Assembly (NCBI RefSeq): GCF_009914755.1
Contig: NC_060937.1
Origin: the human T2T-CHM13v2.0 reference genome, Homo sapiens
Direction: 5' to 3' (one strand)
Length of the DNA: 64,000 bases
Position 1 is the stretch's first letter; each line of letters starts with the position of its first letter. A model generated the notes under the pieces. The model was not told the origin of the DNA. It saw only the letters and a program-made list of their open reading frames with translations, and made no database searches. Of the stretch, positions 59,461 to 64,000 are shown piece after piece. The position numbers were made by a program, and so were the translations under genes.

Positions 59461-60650
59461 TAAAATTTTGATTCAGGTGAACTAATAAAAAGCTTTTTAA
59501 TATAATTTTCACTTATTTCATCTAATTTCCATTTAACAAAAAAAAGAGAAACATACATAGAATTATATGGTAAAACACAAAAAGCTACAGCAGAGATGAG
59601 ATCTGACAGCTGAGTATATTCAACAAGAACACAAATATGAATCAAAAAGAAGATAGAATTAGTTTATGTATTAAAATAAACCAATGATTTTCTATCCAAT
59701 CATCTAGCCCAAAATTAATGTGAATTAAAATATCTATTTCACAGTCAAAAACTGAATGGAGAGAATGTATCACTAGCTGACCTACACCAAGGGAGACATG
59801 ACGGGTGTTTTCCAGACACATGGAAAAGAATCACAGAGGGAGGGAGAGAGTAAAGGATGAGGAATAATGAAATGCTAAACATGATAAAATATAAATACAT
59901 AGTATATAAAAAATAGCATACAATTGGGGAGGATACAGAAGTTTTAAGTTGATTGTAAGGCATTGCAATGCTTAAGAAGAGGATACAAGTACCAAAAGTA
60001 TTAGATCTTTAAATGAAATTCTCCTTATTGTATAACAGACAGCCACTAAACTGTGCAAATAATAAAAGTACAGTTTGTTGAATAAGTAGTTTGGTGAGTA
60101 ACCCATATAAATAACAACCTAATCAGAAAATAGGAAATTATCAGAATACAGAAGCTTCTAAAACATATAACCTTCCTCTCTAGCAGTAACCCTTATTATT
60201 AGATTAATGCTATAATATAAACTCTTAATATTAATATATGTATATAATTTGATTTTGTGTTTTTCAACTTTATACAAATAGTAATATGTGATATTTTATG
60301 TCTGGCATTTTACTCAACAGCAGCTTTGTCAGAAATATTCATGTTGATGTATTTTGCAGTAGCTCACTAATTTTCATTACTACGTAGTGTTCCTTTATAT
60401 GAACATGCCAGAAAGTATTCCACTCTCAATGGATATTTTAGGTTTCCCCCTCTTTTTTTCTTGTAGGTTTTATCATTGTGGAGTCAAAATGTTGACGTAT
60501 TTCACACTGAATCAGTGAATTTTAGGAAAATACAAATGTACTTAAGATATGCCGGAAATCATTTCAATAGAAGTTAATGTAAAAATATAGATGGACTTCC
60601 ATAGCTCCAATCACTTACCTGTTAATTTAACTCCAAAACACAAACAATTT

Positions 60651-61054
<404 letters not shown>

Positions 61055-61964
61055 TTATGCCTGACCAGAAAATTCTGGAGGGCCTGCTAAACTACTAAAC
61101 GCTGAGATTGTCTCATGAGGTGGGGAGCCAAGCCTTGAAACATCAGCCACGTCCAGCTCTGCTCACTCACTCTGTGCATTGTCTGGGAGGGGGATTCAGG
61201 TGGGTGGTGGGGGCTTATGGTTTACTGAAGTGGTGGCTCTTTCTTAACATGGTAAACAGAGAATCAAATTTCAACTCTTTTCACCATGAAGTAGCACAAG
61301 ATAACACACTTGGTATCTGTCTCACGTAAAGTTTCCAAATAGCTACCAATGATGTAACTCTGAAAAATGACAACACAAGCTGTCTTATATAGGTGAACAA
61401 AGTAAGAAAAGCAATGTATAAAGAGTAAAATTATAAAGTGTGTAGACCATGTGGAGAGTGGTAGAGGACGTAAAGATGGCATAAATCATTGAAACAGTTT
61501 TATCTGTAGTTTTTTTTGTCTAAGCCTTGGCTCTCAGCATAATGGCATTTGGCCTATTAATTCTACACACACACATAAACTGCTCTCCACCAATCATTTG
61601 GTAAGCCTCTTAAGTATACATTTTATCTATCCCTTCTTATAAACCAAAATTAATATTGTTATAAATACAGTAATAATTCAAATATTAAAATTTCTTGTAT
61701 TTTGCTTAAAAAAAACAAATTTTTATCATTTTTTATATGTTGGGGAAATTGCAGACCATGTCATGTTTCTCTGTATTCCTAAAGTAAAATAGTCAAGCGA
61801 GTCCTGAATCATGTACATTTTATGAGAAAAGATGTTATTTCTATATTTTACCCACCATAATACATATAGATTCTAGCATATTGTTTGGCGTAATTAAACA
61901 CTCAAAAAAATTTAATGTTTGAAAGAATGTAAGTGTTTATTCAACAGTCAATCAAATCATAGAT

Positions 61965-62350
61965 GTAGTTAGTCAGGGGTGATTAGTACTGACTAGGTTA
62001 TGATGCAGTAAGGAGTATCTCAAAATCTCATTGGCTCCTAACGAAAACATTTCTTTATTGTTTATGCTCCATGTCCCATGCGGGTTGGCTGGGTGAACCT
62101 GCAATCATCCCACATAGCAGAGCTTCCACCATCTTACTATGCATCTCAATGCAAGATGTCAAGGTTTGCCACAGAAGGAAAAAAGAGCATGAGTAATCAC
62201 ACATCAGCTCTGAAATGTTTCCACCTTAAAATGATCTCATATCACACAATTATGCCTAACTTCAAGAGGAATAGAAATAATAATCCACCTAACATCTTCC
62301 AGAAGGAAAAAAGAATCAAGAATATTGACAAGCTGCAACAACTTCTGTCT
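61965..62350 (-). mobile_element. Old MLT1 (J/K/L-like) MaLR LTR
   Basis: CTAGGTTATGATGCAGTAA..CAAAATCTCATTGGCT..CATTTCTTTATTG..ATGCCTAACTTCAAG. Confidence 0.6.
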
Positions 62351-62699
62351 TGGCAAGAAACTACAATTACCATTATGTGTTTAATATAAATTTTTAATTG
62401 GGAGCCTCTAATAAATGCTAGTATACTATGATAAATTTTAATGGCAATGCCCACGGGGAATAAGGAATGTATGGGTTATTATGCGATAGATGATAGATAG
62501 ATAGACAGACACATATATCCCAACATACTAACACAATTTTATTGAAAAGAGTCAAAAATCATAGATTGCAATCTCAATTCCAGCTCTTATCTACTAAGTG
62601 TCCATGGAGATATAATCTTTTAAAATCTTAGTCTTCTCCTGGCATTGAGCAAGGGATTGTAGGGAGGAGCAAAGTATCTTGAGTGTGTGGAATATGTAT

Positions 62700-63000
62700 T
62701 TGGATACTGAATGTGATACTTAATTCCTGAATAACTGTCAGTTACTTACAATAAACCCTTTGAGCCTCAGTTTCCTTAGTTGTAAAATGGAGATAATAAT
62801 ATGCAATTTAACTGTTGCCGTTAATACCAAATAAGATGCTATGTGTATTTACCAATGTGTTCTGAATTTATGTTATTAACAATTAATAGAATTGTGCCTA
62901 ATTCATATGATTATGTGAGGCCAAAATGTATTGGTAGAAATGATAATACTGAGGCAGCCCTTGGCACAAAATGGGCACTCAATCTTCAGTGATCTGATAT
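62700..63000 (-). mobile_element. MIR
   Basis: CTTTGAGCCTCAGTTTCCTTAGTTGTAAAATGGAGATAATAAT MIR core. Confidence 0.7.
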
Positions 63001-63260
63001 TCCAGATGCACCTTAACAATGCACTCCACAAGTAGTTGATTAATACCTGATTGATTCAGCAATACAAAACATGTAGAAAGGCAATGAATCCGTATCAGAG
63101 TAAAAGGTAAGAGTAAAACAAAGCAAGAGCAAAAACCAAGATTTTACCCATTTAATTTTTGGAAATGGTTAGAAAAAGCACTGATAGAACTGATGACATC
63201 CATGTTAGTATGTTCCATAATTTATTGACATAATTCATGTTTAAGAAACAATAGAAAGCA

Positions 63261-63556
63261 GACTGGGCGCAGTAGCTCACGCCTGTAATCCCAGCACTTT
63301 GGGAGGCCAAGGCAGGCAGATCACGAGGTCAGGAGATAGAGACCATCCTGGCTAACACGGTAAAGCCCCGTCTCTACTAAAAATACAAAAAAATTAGCCA
63401 GGCGTGGTGGCGGGCACCTGTAGTCCCAGCTACTCAGGAAGCTGAGGCAGGAGAATGGCATGAACCCAGGGGACGGAGCTTGCAGTGAGTGGAGATCATG
63501 CCACTGCACTCCAGCCTGGGCAACAGAGCGAGACTCTGTCTCAAAAAAAAAAAAAA
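63261..63556 (+). mobile_element. AluY
   Basis: Y diagnostics; TSD AATAGAAAGCA at 63250-63260 and 63557-63567. Confidence 0.95.
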
Positions 63557-64000
63557 AATAGAAAGCAAAGGAAATATAGAATGATATAAAAATCACCTTG
63601 AGTCCTTCCATATTGTGGTAAGCAATTTTACATTCTTTGATGCATGATCTTTTGAGATATTTATTCTTATATGTATAATAGCTTTCAAAGAAATGTGTGA
63701 TCATATTATACATCCTATTATAAAACTTTTTTACACCTTTAAAAATTGTTGTGAAAAAAATTAAGCATCAGTAAATATTATTCTCTTTTATTATGCCAGA
63801 AGTTTTGAAGCACTTATAACATCCTCTGAAAAAGTTTAGAAATTCAGGCAAATTTTAATATCTAATTTATGGAAGTTTATCATACTCTCTTTTTTGCTTT
63901 CTTTCACAAATATGTTGGTCATTCTTTGGCTTTTCATTTACCATAGAATCTAGGGAACTCAAAAGAGCCATAAGTTTTGCCTATTGATTTTCATTGCATA

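Overview
Primate (human-like) AT-rich nuclear DNA, intergenic or deep intronic, made up mostly of interspersed repeats: Alus (J, S and Y classes), many L1 fragments from ancient L1M to L1PA, solo ERV1/ERVK/MaLR LTRs (MER34, MER48, MER57, MER4A1, LTR8, MER72-like, MER11, MLT1/MLT2), DNA transposons (MER8, MER44, MER5, MADE1), L2/MIR and microsatellites. I found no credible host protein-coding exon, RNA gene or new biological system; the ORFs I could assign derive from Alu, microsatellite, LTR or L1 sequence, and the rest look like chance ORFs. The most notable observations are: (1) a CpG-retaining domain at ~8.9-10.6 kb around a MER48 solo LTR, suggesting a germline-hypomethylated promoter/enhancer; (2) three local templated insertions in the first 17 kb, the clearest a ~305-bp copy with a 19-bp target duplication and microhomology at both junctions; (3) multi-level nested insertions. 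Repeat names come from recalled consensus sequences, so subfamily calls and the edges of old elements are approximate and need RepeatMasker/Dfam confirmation.
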